A stretch of DNA of 64,000 nt from Brevundimonas sp. GTDB taxonomy: Bacteria > Pseudomonadota > Alphaproteobacteria > Caulobacterales > Caulobacteraceae. The stretch covers positions 131,588 to 195,587 of the forward strand of contig JBKBJW010000001.1 in the NCBI GenBank assembly GCA_046294385.1, written 5' to 3'. Below, piece by piece: positions 46,321 to 54,812 of this stretch. The position numbers were made by a program, and so were the translations under genes. The stretch's first letter is position 1. The number at the start of each line of letters is the position of its first letter. The notes below the pieces were generated by a model that searched no databases, was not told the DNA's origin, and saw only the letters and a list, made by a program, of their open reading frames with translations.

Positions 46321-47154
46321 ATGACCTGGAAAACGATCCTGCTGTCCACAGACGCCGGCGAGGACTGCGACCGCCGGACGGAACTGGCCTGCGACCTTGC
46401 CGCCGCCTTCGGTGCCCATGTCATCGGCCTGGCCGGCAGCGCGCCCATGCCCCTGCCCATGGGCGACCCCTACACCGGCGGGGCCCTGATGGGCGAAGCG
46501 CTCGACCTGTTCCGCGACATGGCGGAGGCTGAGGTCAACGCGGCGCTGAAAGCGTTCCACGCCATCGCCGCCGCCTACAAGCTGGAGGCGGAGTGGCGTG
46601 GGCGCGCCGGCTGGCCCGCCGACCTGATCGCCCGTGAAGTCCGCACCGCCGATGTGGTGGTCATGGGGCGGCGCTCGTCTCTCGCCCCGGCGCGGGCCGC
46701 CGACCCCGCTGACGTGCTCCTGGCCATAGGCCGCCCCATCCTGGTCGTGCCGCCCAAGCCGCCACGCGATCCGCTCGGCGCCCCCGCCCTGGTGGCCTGG
46801 ACCGACAGCCGGGAGGCCCAGCGGGCCGTCGCCTCCGCCTTGCCACTGCTTCGCCGCGCGTCCTTCGTCAGCGTGGTCACGGTCAACCGTGGCGACGCCG
46901 CCCGTGAAACCAGCCAGAAGGCCGTCGCCGACGTGGCCGGGTGGCTGTGCCGTCATGGTGTCGAAGCGACGCCGGCCGTGCGCACGACCGACCGCGACAC
47001 AGCCGGCGAGATCATCGCCGCCGCCGAGGAGATCTCGGCCGGGCTGATTGTGGCCGGCGGCTACGGCCACGCCCGTCTGCGTGAGGCGGTGCTCGGCGGC
47101 GTCACCCAGAACCTGCTGGCGGACGCGCCTGTCTGCCTGCTGCTCAGCCACTGA
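46321..47154 (+). CDS. Universal stress protein (tandem USP)
   Basis: 'LVAWTDSREAQRAV' and 'LIVAGGYGHARLREAVLGGVT'. Confidence 0.92.
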   Translation: MTWKTILLSTDAGEDCDRRTELACDLAAAFGAHVIGLAGSAPMPLPMGDPYTGGALMGEALDLFRDMAEAEVNAALKAFHAIAAAYKLEAEWRGRAGWPADLIAREVRTADVVVMGRRSSLAPARAADPADVLLAIGRPILVVPPKPPRDPLGAPALVAWTDSREAQRAVASALPLLRRASFVSVVTVNRGDAARETSQKAVADVAGWLCRHGVEATPAVRTTDRDTAGEIIAAAEEISAGLIVAGGYGHARLREAVLGGVTQNLLADAPVCLLLSH

Positions 47155-47168
47155 ATCCCGGAGGATCC

Positions 47169-47540
47169 ATGTCGCGCTTCCATCACATCCGTCTGGAGCT
47201 GGCTCGCGAGCCGGGTCACCCCGAAGGCGAGGCCCGTCAGGGCTACGATATCGTGGCACCGCTCGACGACGCAGGGCGTCTCGACGCTGCCGCCTGGAAG
47301 CGGGAACAGGGCCGCTGCCGGGTGCGCCGGTTCATGAAGGATCAGACCCTGTCGATCGGCGCATTGCGCCATGGATCGGGCGGGCGCTGGACCCTGGAGC
47401 TCGACCCGGTGGGCCAGGCCGAGACCGTCACCGGCTTCCGCCTCCAGGATGAAGCGTTCGTCACCGGCGAATACGTCAGCCTGACCGAACCGGACGGCCG
47501 AGAGCACACCTATGTCGTCGCCCGGATGGCCGAGGTCTGA
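47169..47540 (+). CDS. Hypothetical protein co-oriented with usp
   Basis: RBS GGAGG; 'IRLELARE..HPEG' type ORF with host codon usage. Confidence 0.75.
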   Translation: MSRFHHIRLELAREPGHPEGEARQGYDIVAPLDDAGRLDAAAWKREQGRCRVRRFMKDQTLSIGALRHGSGGRWTLELDPVGQAETVTGFRLQDEAFVTGEYVSLTEPDGREHTYVVARMAEV

Positions 47541-47543
47541 GGC

Positions 47544-48017
47544 TCAGAAATATTCCGCGTTCGCCGGGCACTGGGCGCTGATACGGCGCGCGGTGATGGT
47601 CGCGGGGATGTAAGGGCTCCAGATGCCGGCCGCGCGGATCGAGGCGCCGCCCCGGAACTCGAAGCTTTCGGGCCGGTAGGTGCCGTTCAGGCGGATGCGC
47701 ACGCGCCGGCCGCTGCGGCTGACGCAGTTGCCCTCGAACCGCGCCTGGCCGTTGCCGACCACACGGGTGGGGTAGGTGCACTGGTAATGCCGCGTCGACA
47801 GCCCGCCGAAGAAGCGATTGATCTCGCTTGCGCGGACGCATTTGGTCTCGGTGTCGCGGTTGCCGACGGCGCTGGTGGTGTATTCCCAATAGCCGGGCAG
47901 GACCGGCTGTTCGCTGGTCTGGGCCTGCGGGGCCGCGGCCGGCGCGGCCAGGAAGATCAGGCTGGCCACGGCGGGGACACCGACGGCGGCGATGCGTTTC
48001 AGGACGGAAGGCGACAT
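47544..48017 (-). CDS. DUF3617 exported protein
   Basis: 'PGYWEYT' and C-terminal 'ARRISAQC'; signal peptide. Confidence 0.75.
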   Translation of the reverse strand: MSPSVLKRIAAVGVPAVASLIFLAAPAAAPQAQTSEQPVLPGYWEYTTSAVGNRDTETKCVRASEINRFFGGLSTRHYQCTYPTRVVGNGQARFEGNCVSRSGRRVRIRLNGTYRPESFEFRGGASIRAAGIWSPYIPATITARRISAQCPANAEYF

Positions 48018-48256
48018 GTCGGCCCCTGTGTTGGTTCTCGTGGTCATGGATAAAGCCGATATATGGCGGGAATTGAACGGCCGCTGAACGGACCGCCGCT
48101 TGGGCGTTCACCTATGCGCAATGGCCACAGGCGCCTTGACGTGAAGGCGCGCCTTCCTCTATACGGCCCCCTCTCGCGCAGGACCCCTGTTCCTGCGCGT
48201 CTCTGTTTCATGCGTCAGCGACGGATTCGCGGGCGCCGCCTCTTAAGGATCTGACG

Positions 48257-48553
48257 ATGTCGCGTCGTTGCGAACTCACCGGTATCGGCCCGATGGTCGG
48301 CAACTCGGTCAGCCACTCGAACATCAAGACCAAGCGCCGCTTCCTGCCGTCGCTGAAGACGGTCAAGGTGGCCTCGGAATCGCTGGGCCAGACGTTCTCG
48401 CTGCGTATCTCGAACGCCGCGCTGCGCACCCTCGACTACAAGGGCGGCCTGGACGCCTTCATCGTCAAGGCCCGCGACGAGCAGCTCTCGGCCGCCGCCC
48501 AGCGCATCAAGCGTCAGGTCCGCGCCAAGCTGGCCGAGCAAGCCGCCGCCTGA
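48257..48553 (+). CDS. rpmB: 50S ribosomal protein L28
   Basis: 'MSRRCELTG...GNSVSHSNIKTKRRFLP'. Confidence 0.97.
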   Translation: MSRRCELTGIGPMVGNSVSHSNIKTKRRFLPSLKTVKVASESLGQTFSLRISNAALRTLDYKGGLDAFIVKARDEQLSAAAQRIKRQVRAKLAEQAAA

Positions 48554-48576
48554 TCCGGCAAGGCATCTGAGTTCTG

Positions 48577-48610
48577 AAAAGGCCGGCGGAAACGCCGGCC
48601 TTTTTGTTTG
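48577..48610 (+). terminator. Intrinsic terminator after rpmB
   Basis: AAAAGGCCGGCG-gaaa-CGCCGGCCTTTTT. Confidence 0.85.
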
Positions 48611-48635
48611 CGCGGCATGGGCGCAGTCTGCGCCC

Positions 48636-48971
48636 ATGACCCGTGACGAAATGTTCGCCTACGCGCTCAGCCAGCCCGGTGCCGCGGATTCGACGATGCA
48701 CGGCGGGCGCTGCATCCGGGTGCGCGGGCACTGGATCGTCACGGAAAGCAGCAGTGCCAGGGGCGAGGTTGCCCTGGCGCTCGACCATGGCGACGTCGCG
48801 TTCCTGATGGAGACCGAGCCCCAGACCTATTTCCAGACGCCGCATTTCCACGGCTATCCGGCGGTCCTGGTCCGCACCGAGGCCGCAGACGACGCTCGCC
48901 TGAGGGAGCAGATCGACAAGGCCTGGGCGCGGCGGGCGACCAAGACGCAGAGGGCCGCGCGCGGGATGTGA
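48636..48971 (+). CDS. MmcQ/YjbR family protein
   Basis: 'YFQTPHFHGYPAVLVR' motif. Confidence 0.8.
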   Translation: MTRDEMFAYALSQPGAADSTMHGGRCIRVRGHWIVTESSSARGEVALALDHGDVAFLMETEPQTYFQTPHFHGYPAVLVRTEAADDARLREQIDKAWARRATKTQRAARGM

Positions 48972-49057
48972 GCCCAAAGAGAAGGTTGCGGGTCGCTCAC
49001 TTGCACCCTCGCGCCGCTCCTTTAGGGTCCCCACCAAAGCCTTTGGGGAGTTCCGCC

Positions 49058-50785
49058 TTGTCCAAATTCCTTTCGCGCGCCCTGATCGGTGCCTCCCTTC
49101 TGGCGCTCAGCGCCGGCACCGCCCTGGCCCAGGACGCGGCGCCTCGCCAGTCGACCGCATTCACCCTCGAAACCGATCAGCCGCGCTCGCCGGAGCAGGA
49201 GGCGGTCCGCTTCGACAAGTCTGACCTGTCGATCACCGTCCTGCCAGAGCAGAAGGCCATCCGGGGGGTGGCCGTGCTCGACTTCACCGTGTTGGCACCG
49301 ATCGAACGGCTGGCGGTCGAACTGGACACCCTGTTCGACATTGCGAGCGTGCAGGTCGACGGCGTGACCATCGACGCGGCCAACTGGTCCAATCCCGAGG
49401 GCCGGTTGACGATCACTTTGCCCCAACCCCTGGCGGCGGGGGCGAAGACCTCGCTGCGTATCGCCTATGGCGGTCAGCCCCGTACGGCGCCCCGCGCCCC
49501 CTGGAATGGCGGCTTCGTCTGGGCCACGGCCCCGACGGGCGAGCCCTGGGTCGCCACCGCCATGCAGCTGAACGGATGCGACCTGATCTATCCCTGCATC
49601 GACAACTCGGCCGCCGAGCCGGGCCAGGTCGATCTGCATGTCACCGCGCCGTCGAACCTGTCGGCCCCCGGCAACGGCATTTTCCAGGGCAAGGCCGACA
49701 ACGACGACGGCACCTCGACCTGGAGCTGGCGCATCCAGAACCCGAACATCTATGCGGTGAACATCAACGTCGGCCCGTTCGAGGAAGTCACCGGCCAGTA
49801 CCAGAGCCGGTTCGGCAACGTCATCCCGATGCACTTCTGGCACCTGAAGTCGGACAAGCCCGAGGACGTGCAGCGGCTGTTCGCCGAGTTCCCGCAGATG
49901 CTCGACTTCTTCGAGGCCTACATCGGGCCGTTCCCGTTCGGGGCCGAGAAGATGGGTGTGGTCGAGACCCCGCACCTGGGCATGGAGCACCAGACGCTCA
50001 ACGCCTACGGCAATGAGTACAAGTTCGACGAGCGCGGCTATGATTGGCTGCTGCAGCACGAGTTCTCGCATGAGTGGTTCGCCAACCAGCTGACCAACTG
50101 GAACGCCGACGACATGTGGCTGCACGAGGGGCTCGGCAGCTATATGCAGCCGCTCTATGCGGGCTGGCTGCGCGGCGAGCGCTATATGCACCGCGAACTG
50201 GCCGACCAGCGCGAGGGCCTGATGAACCGCGCACCCGTGGTCGCGCGCCGGGCCCAGACGGTGAACGATGTCTACAATCGCCCCGGCGGCCCCGGGGGCG
50301 ACATCTATTCCAAGGGCTCGCTGATCGCCCACACCCTGCGCATGACGCTGGGGGACGAGGACTTCTTTGAGGCGCTGCGCATCCTGATCTATGGCCGCCC
50401 CGACCCGCGACCCGGCAACTTCACGCCGATGACCCGCTCGACGCCGGAATACAACGCCATCGTCAACCAGGTGACGGGCCGGAACTACGACTGGTTCTTC
50501 AACGCCTACCTCTATGAGGCGTCCCTGCCGGTCCTGACCCAGACACACGAAGGCAATCGGCTGAGCTTGCAATGGACGACGCCCGCCGGCGTCTTCCCCA
50601 TGCCGGTCGAGGTCGAAATCAACGGCCAGGTGCAGGTGGTTCCGATGACCGACGGTCGCGGATCCATTGCGGCACCCGCCGACGCGATCGTCATCGTAGA
50701 CCCTGAGAACAAGGTGCTGCGCCAACTGGACGCTGTGGATCGGCTTCAGGCCTACCGTCGATCGAGCCGGCCCCGGGCGCAGTAG
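49058..50785 (+). CDS. Secreted M1 family aminopeptidase
   Basis: 'GMEHQ' and 'HEFSHEW...WLHEG' (HExxH-x18-E); signal peptide. Confidence 0.92.
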   Translation: MSKFLSRALIGASLLALSAGTALAQDAAPRQSTAFTLETDQPRSPEQEAVRFDKSDLSITVLPEQKAIRGVAVLDFTVLAPIERLAVELDTLFDIASVQVDGVTIDAANWSNPEGRLTITLPQPLAAGAKTSLRIAYGGQPRTAPRAPWNGGFVWATAPTGEPWVATAMQLNGCDLIYPCIDNSAAEPGQVDLHVTAPSNLSAPGNGIFQGKADNDDGTSTWSWRIQNPNIYAVNINVGPFEEVTGQYQSRFGNVIPMHFWHLKSDKPEDVQRLFAEFPQMLDFFEAYIGPFPFGAEKMGVVETPHLGMEHQTLNAYGNEYKFDERGYDWLLQHEFSHEWFANQLTNWNADDMWLHEGLGSYMQPLYAGWLRGERYMHRELADQREGLMNRAPVVARRAQTVNDVYNRPGGPGGDIYSKGSLIAHTLRMTLGDEDFFEALRILIYGRPDPRPGNFTPMTRSTPEYNAIVNQVTGRNYDWFFNAYLYEASLPVLTQTHEGNRLSLQWTTPAGVFPMPVEVEINGQVQVVPMTDGRGSIAAPADAIVIVDPENKVLRQLDAVDRLQAYRRSSRPRAQ

Positions 50786-50810
50786 GCACCCTTGTGGCCC
50801 CAAGGGTGCC
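50785..50810. terminator. Hairpin between the convergent M1 peptidase and recombinase genes
   Basis: GGCACCCTTG-tggccc-CAAGGGTGCC; no T-tract. Confidence 0.45.
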
Positions 50811-50817
50811 CTCTGCT

Positions 50818-52539
50818 CTAGGGCGAGCCGGAGAGATCAGGCCTGGGCCCTGTCGTGGGCGGGTCCATCCAGGGCATTCTGCGGATCGGCATCGGTCCCT
50901 TGAGTGCAACGAGTTCGCGTCGAGACATGGCAGATCCTGCAGTCGCCGCTTTTTCCAGCAAGATCCGTTGCCGCCGCCAGCATGGCGGAAGCGGGCATAG
51001 GCTTCTGAGCGTCATGGCTGTCAGGCCGACAGGGTGCCTGCCCTCAAGAATTTCCCTCTTGAGATCTGGAGCCAGGAAGGCCAACTCCATGACATTCCCG
51101 ACATAGCAGGCGCTTAGCTGCTCCCGCCGGGCCAACGCTCCCACGGAGGCGACACGACCGCTCGCGATCTCCTCAAACCAGGCGCTGGCCCTGCTAAGTA
51201 GCTTTAGCATGGCCATGTCGGGGGCACGCCCACAGCCATCGGCCCGAAGAACAGCGCCGTTCGCGGTCCCCCGCAACGCGATCGCGATCGTTAGGTCTGT
51301 GTCCTCGCTCAACGCGCCGCTCAATGCCGACGCCCTTATCCGCAAGGTTAGGGTCATCGCCCTGTCGTTCAAGACCACATAATCCAGCACCGAGTGAGCA
51401 AGACGCCGGACCCTGGCGGATACGTCGCAACGAAGTCGCGCGGCGAGCCACTCGAGCGAGCGGGCTATGTCCGGGCTGTTGCTCGTGCGTAACGCGTCAA
51501 GATAGGCGCAAAGACCGCCCAGCACCGCTCGATCGAGGGAGGCGGTGTTGATCTTCTTGAGCCGGCCTTGTTCGCCTTGCGGACGGTGGTAGCTCTGGCG
51601 GGCGTAGCTTTTGTGATGCCTGCCCTGATAGGTCCCACCGCGGGGCGACCTAAGTATGCCGTCCAACAGGTAGAGCGGCGGATCATTTCGCTTGGCCTTC
51701 AGCGCCTCCCGGTGAGCCGCCAGCATCTTTCCGGCCCGCTCAAAAGCCTGAGGCGTTATGATGGGCTTGTGCAGGCCAGGCGTAAGGACGCCCCGGTGTC
51801 TAAGCTTGCCGATGTAGATGGGGTTGACCAGCAGCCTGCATAGTCCTGAGTGGTTGATGTGCTGTGCCGGTCTGCCTCGGGTAGGCTTGACGCGAAGATC
51901 GTGGGCAATGCCGTATTTGACCACAGCGCTGATGCTGCCGAGCTTCAGATACTGAGCGAAGTATGTCCGAACCGCTGCCGCCTCAGTTTCATTGACAACA
52001 AGCAGGCCGTTTTCCCGATCGTAGCCCACAGCGGGCACCGGGCCGACCCACATGCCCTTTGCCCGAGTGCTGGCGAACTTGTCCCTGATGCGCTCGCCGG
52101 TGATCTCTCGTTCGAACTGGGCGAAGGAAAGCAGCACGTTCAACGTGAGGCGCCCCATGGAGGTGGTGGTGTTGAACGCTTGTGTCACCGCCACAAAGGA
52201 GGCGCTTGCCTCGTCCAGGATGTTCACGATCTTCGCGAAATCGAGCAAAGCCCGCGTCAAACGGTCGATCTTGTAGACGACAACCACATCGATCAAGCCG
52301 GCGCGGATGTCAGCGAGCAGCGCCGCAAGACCTGGTCGGTGCATGTCGCCGCCCGAAAAGCCGCCATCGTCATAAGCGGTTTCTATCAGCAGCCAGCCCT
52401 CGTGCTGCTGGCTGCTGATGTAGGCTTCACAGGCGTCACGTTGGGCGTCCAGTGAATTGTAGGCTTGGTCCAGCCCTTCCTCGGACGACTTGCGGGTGTA
52501 GATCGCGCACCGGACCACTCTTGGAGCCGGCTCACCCAT
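50818..52539 (-). CDS. Large serine recombinase
   Basis: 'RCAIYTRKSS' (catalytic Ser), 'VVYKIDRLTR' and 'SFAQFERE'; recombinase domain 'NPIYIG'. Confidence 0.92.
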   Translation of the reverse strand: MGEPAPRVVRCAIYTRKSSEEGLDQAYNSLDAQRDACEAYISSQQHEGWLLIETAYDDGGFSGGDMHRPGLAALLADIRAGLIDVVVVYKIDRLTRALLDFAKIVNILDEASASFVAVTQAFNTTTSMGRLTLNVLLSFAQFEREITGERIRDKFASTRAKGMWVGPVPAVGYDRENGLLVVNETEAAAVRTYFAQYLKLGSISAVVKYGIAHDLRVKPTRGRPAQHINHSGLCRLLVNPIYIGKLRHRGVLTPGLHKPIITPQAFERAGKMLAAHREALKAKRNDPPLYLLDGILRSPRGGTYQGRHHKSYARQSYHRPQGEQGRLKKINTASLDRAVLGGLCAYLDALRTSNSPDIARSLEWLAARLRCDVSARVRRLAHSVLDYVVLNDRAMTLTLRIRASALSGALSEDTDLTIAIALRGTANGAVLRADGCGRAPDMAMLKLLSRASAWFEEIASGRVASVGALARREQLSACYVGNVMELAFLAPDLKREILEGRHPVGLTAMTLRSLCPLPPCWRRQRILLEKAATAGSAMSRRELVALKGPMPIRRMPWMDPPTTGPRPDLSGSP

Positions 52540-53035
52540 TCTTGCGGCTTCGCGTCATCAACCCCGGATTGGTCAGGCCGAAGAATGTCCAGCCGTTCCA
52601 GCGCGTGCCGGTGATCGCCCGAGCGACCGCAGAGAGGGAGGCGTAGGGTTTGCCGGCGTAGAGGAACGTGTTCCCGTCCTTAATGACCTCATGGTCGCGC
52701 CCGTCCCAAACGCGCCGAAGCACCAAAGGCACGCCTGCCCCATCGGTCAGACTGGATATCTGGGTAAGACCCGAGGCCGGCAGCAGAGTGTCTTCCACGC
52801 CATAGTGCGCGACCTGCAGGCGATAGGAGATGGCGCGGGCGAGCTTGTTCGCCGAAAGCGATTTTGGCGGACTGCGCCCAAACACCTCTATCCACCTGTC
52901 ACGGAGGCTTGCCGCTCCAAGCCGCCGTACGCCGTCCAGTTCCCGCTGCAGTGCCGCCGCCGCCGTCGCTGGAGCCCGGTCACACAAGGGGGCGGCCTTG
53001 CCCTCGCGCTGGTCTGGAGGATTATCAGAGCCCAC
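52532..53035 (-). CDS. DUF2924 protein
   Basis: 'LRRVWDGRDHEV...YASLSAVARAITGTRWNGWTFFGL'. Confidence 0.88.
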   Translation of the reverse strand: MGSDNPPDQREGKAAPLCDRAPATAAAALQRELDGVRRLGAASLRDRWIEVFGRSPPKSLSANKLARAISYRLQVAHYGVEDTLLPASGLTQISSLTDGAGVPLVLRRVWDGRDHEVIKDGNTFLYAGKPYASLSAVARAITGTRWNGWTFFGLTNPGLMTRSRKNG

Positions 53036-53255
53036 GGGGATAGCGATCGTCGGCGTCAGGAGCCTCGGAGCGCCGGGCGATCACCGCCAAAGCCCCCGCC
53101 AAGGCCGCGATGTCGTTTCCGGCCGCGACCAACCCAATTATCTCCGGCCATCCGTGCTCGGCATCTGCCCTGCCGGCCAAGGTTTGGGCCTCTCTGGCAA
53201 TCTCGAGGATCGCCTCCTGGAGCGCGGAAGAAGGGTTGGCTGCCCCGCGTGTCAT
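53025..53255 (-). CDS. Small hypothetical protein
   Basis: ATG overlaps the DUF3489 stop (ATGA) and the 3' end overlaps the DUF2924 start. Confidence 0.55.
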   Translation of the reverse strand: MTRGAANPSSALQEAILEIAREAQTLAGRADAEHGWPEIIGLVAAGNDIAALAGALAVIARRSEAPDADDRYPRGL

Positions 53256-53614
53256 TGAGCGTCTCCCAGCAGCTCTGCAACTCTCCACTGGGGGCTCGGC
53301 TGGGCATCTGCCTTTCCTGGGGCGGGCGGAGCAGGCTCCGACCCAGCCCATGCCGCTCCTGCCGGGTCCAACCAGTAGCGCCTCACCCCATCGACCACTG
53401 TCGAGGCGATCGGGCCGCCAGGCGACTTGCGGACGGCCCCTAAGAGAGCTCCCCGCACTGAATAGGCCTGCCAGCCCGTGGCTGCCGTCATGTCTGCCAC
53501 CGAAGCCCCTTGAGGCCCTTTCACGGGGCCGATTATGGCGGCGGTCCTAGGTATCTTGACCTTCGGCGCGGCATCTTTGCCCGTCAGAGCGCTCTCCTTC
53601 ATCGTCCTGGTCAT
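53252..53614 (-). CDS. DUF3489 winged-helix protein
   Basis: 'GASVADMTAATGWQAYSVRGALLG' motif. Confidence 0.8.
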   Translation of the reverse strand: MTRTMKESALTGKDAAPKVKIPRTAAIIGPVKGPQGASVADMTAATGWQAYSVRGALLGAVRKSPGGPIASTVVDGVRRYWLDPAGAAWAGSEPAPPAPGKADAQPSPQWRVAELLGDAQ

Positions 53615-54141
53615 GTCAGCTCCGTTGAGACTTGGATGGCCCCTACCGAGACAAGCCCGCGAGGCGGGCGAAGAGCTCCATAACTTGACGGTGGTCCGCC
53701 GTCGTCTCCGTGCGAGGAGCGCTTCAGGTCATGGGGCACCGCTACGATACTGGGTTACTGCGGGCCGCTGCTCGCCCTGCGCATGGGCCGCGATATCCTG
53801 CGCAAGCGCTCGCATATCCGATCCCGTCATGCTTTCAGTTCGATGCCCGCTGAGTATTTGCATCGGCACTCGCCATCACTGTCATCCTCGCAGCGGACGC
53901 ACCCCGCTCTCCAAGCCCCCGTTCTTGATCATTGCAGTCTCCACACCCTTGCACACACGCTCTGTCGAACTGCGAAGTCCAGTCGAGAAGTGACTGCACT
54001 GGCACTTACGTGGAGTGACCCCCGGGGTCGCTCAGGCAGTCCGGCCAGCTGCAGACAACCACCCCGAGGCCCACCGCTCTTTGAAATCGGTCTGTTCGCC
54101 GAGGTCAGTGGTCAAGCGGGTGCGCCAGTGCGGTTGATCCG

Positions 54142-54315
54142 CTGAAGCGGCTCAGGGAGGCCAAGGGCCTCTCCCAGGAAGAGCTCGCCTTCCAGGCCGA
54201 CATGCACCGCACCTACGTCTCAGGTATTGAACGCGGGAAGCGGAACCCAACAGTGACGGTGCTGGAACGGCTGGCCAGGCCGTTAGGGGTGCAGGCCGGG
54301 GAGCTTCTGGCCTGA
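54142..54315 (+). pseudogene. XRE-family HTH regulator lacking a normal start codon (5'-truncated or CTG start)
   Basis: Manual translation LKRLREAKGLSQEELAFQADMHRTYVSGIERGKRNPTVTVLERLARPLGVQAGELLA*; no in-frame ATG/GTG/TTG back to the TGA at 54082. Confidence 0.7.
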
Positions 54316-54380
54316 CCTCAAGTCGTCAGTTGGGCCAAGTAGAAACGATCAGGTGGACCGAAAATAATCGCGAAAGGCCG

Positions 54381-54638
54381 TCATCTGAGTAGCCGGAAGA
54401 TGAGAAAGAGACCGATCGCGGCGACAAACCATAGACCCCGGGAAATGTTCACCAGCTGACGATGGCAATCGATCTGCATCGAATAGACCATGCTGAGGTC
54501 GGTTGGACCTTCCCCCGGATTTGAGTTGGCCGCGTCTTGGCTATGGCCAGACCCTTTCGCCTGGGTCTCGTGCCTCTCAAGGATGCGGAGCAGCGCGGCC
54601 CGATCCATGGCTGCTTTGGTCGGAAACCACATAGTCAT
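54381..54638 (-). CDS. Small hypothetical protein with C-terminal TM
   Basis: 85-aa ORF with a hydrophobic tail. Confidence 0.45.
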   Translation of the reverse strand: MTMWFPTKAAMDRAALLRILERHETQAKGSGHSQDAANSNPGEGPTDLSMVYSMQIDCHRQLVNISRGLWFVAAIGLFLIFRLLR

Positions 54639-54812
54639 TCACCTTGGCTTGATGCTCACTGAACCGACAACAGCAAGGCCATCCTATGCCAGCCAGCACA
54701 AGAGACTGAAACCAAGAAGACGACCTGCCGCGGGCGACATCCCAATTGCGGTGTGCGAGGCAGGCCCGTAACGTGGCAAGGAACGGCATGGCCGAGGATT
54801 GAATCAGTGACC

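Larger units (their letters stand above)
50818..54700. mobile_element. Probable integrative element or remnant built on a DUF3489-orf-DUF2924-serine recombinase operon
   Basis: Coupled minus-strand operon ending in a large serine recombinase; lower GC than flanks; att sites not found, so boundaries are approximate. Confidence 0.6.

Noticed and set aside
50818-52539. Serine recombinase as the enzyme for the cassette array
   Set aside because: It lies about 30 kb away, I saw no repeat copy near it, and nothing in the sequence links them.
53620-53940. Short minus-strand ORFs upstream of DUF3489
   Set aside because: Under 50 aa with no recognisable motif; cannot be supported as genes.
50780-54800. 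attL/attR direct repeats around the recombinase element
   Set aside because: No convincing flanking repeat found by eye; serine recombinase cores can be too short to see.
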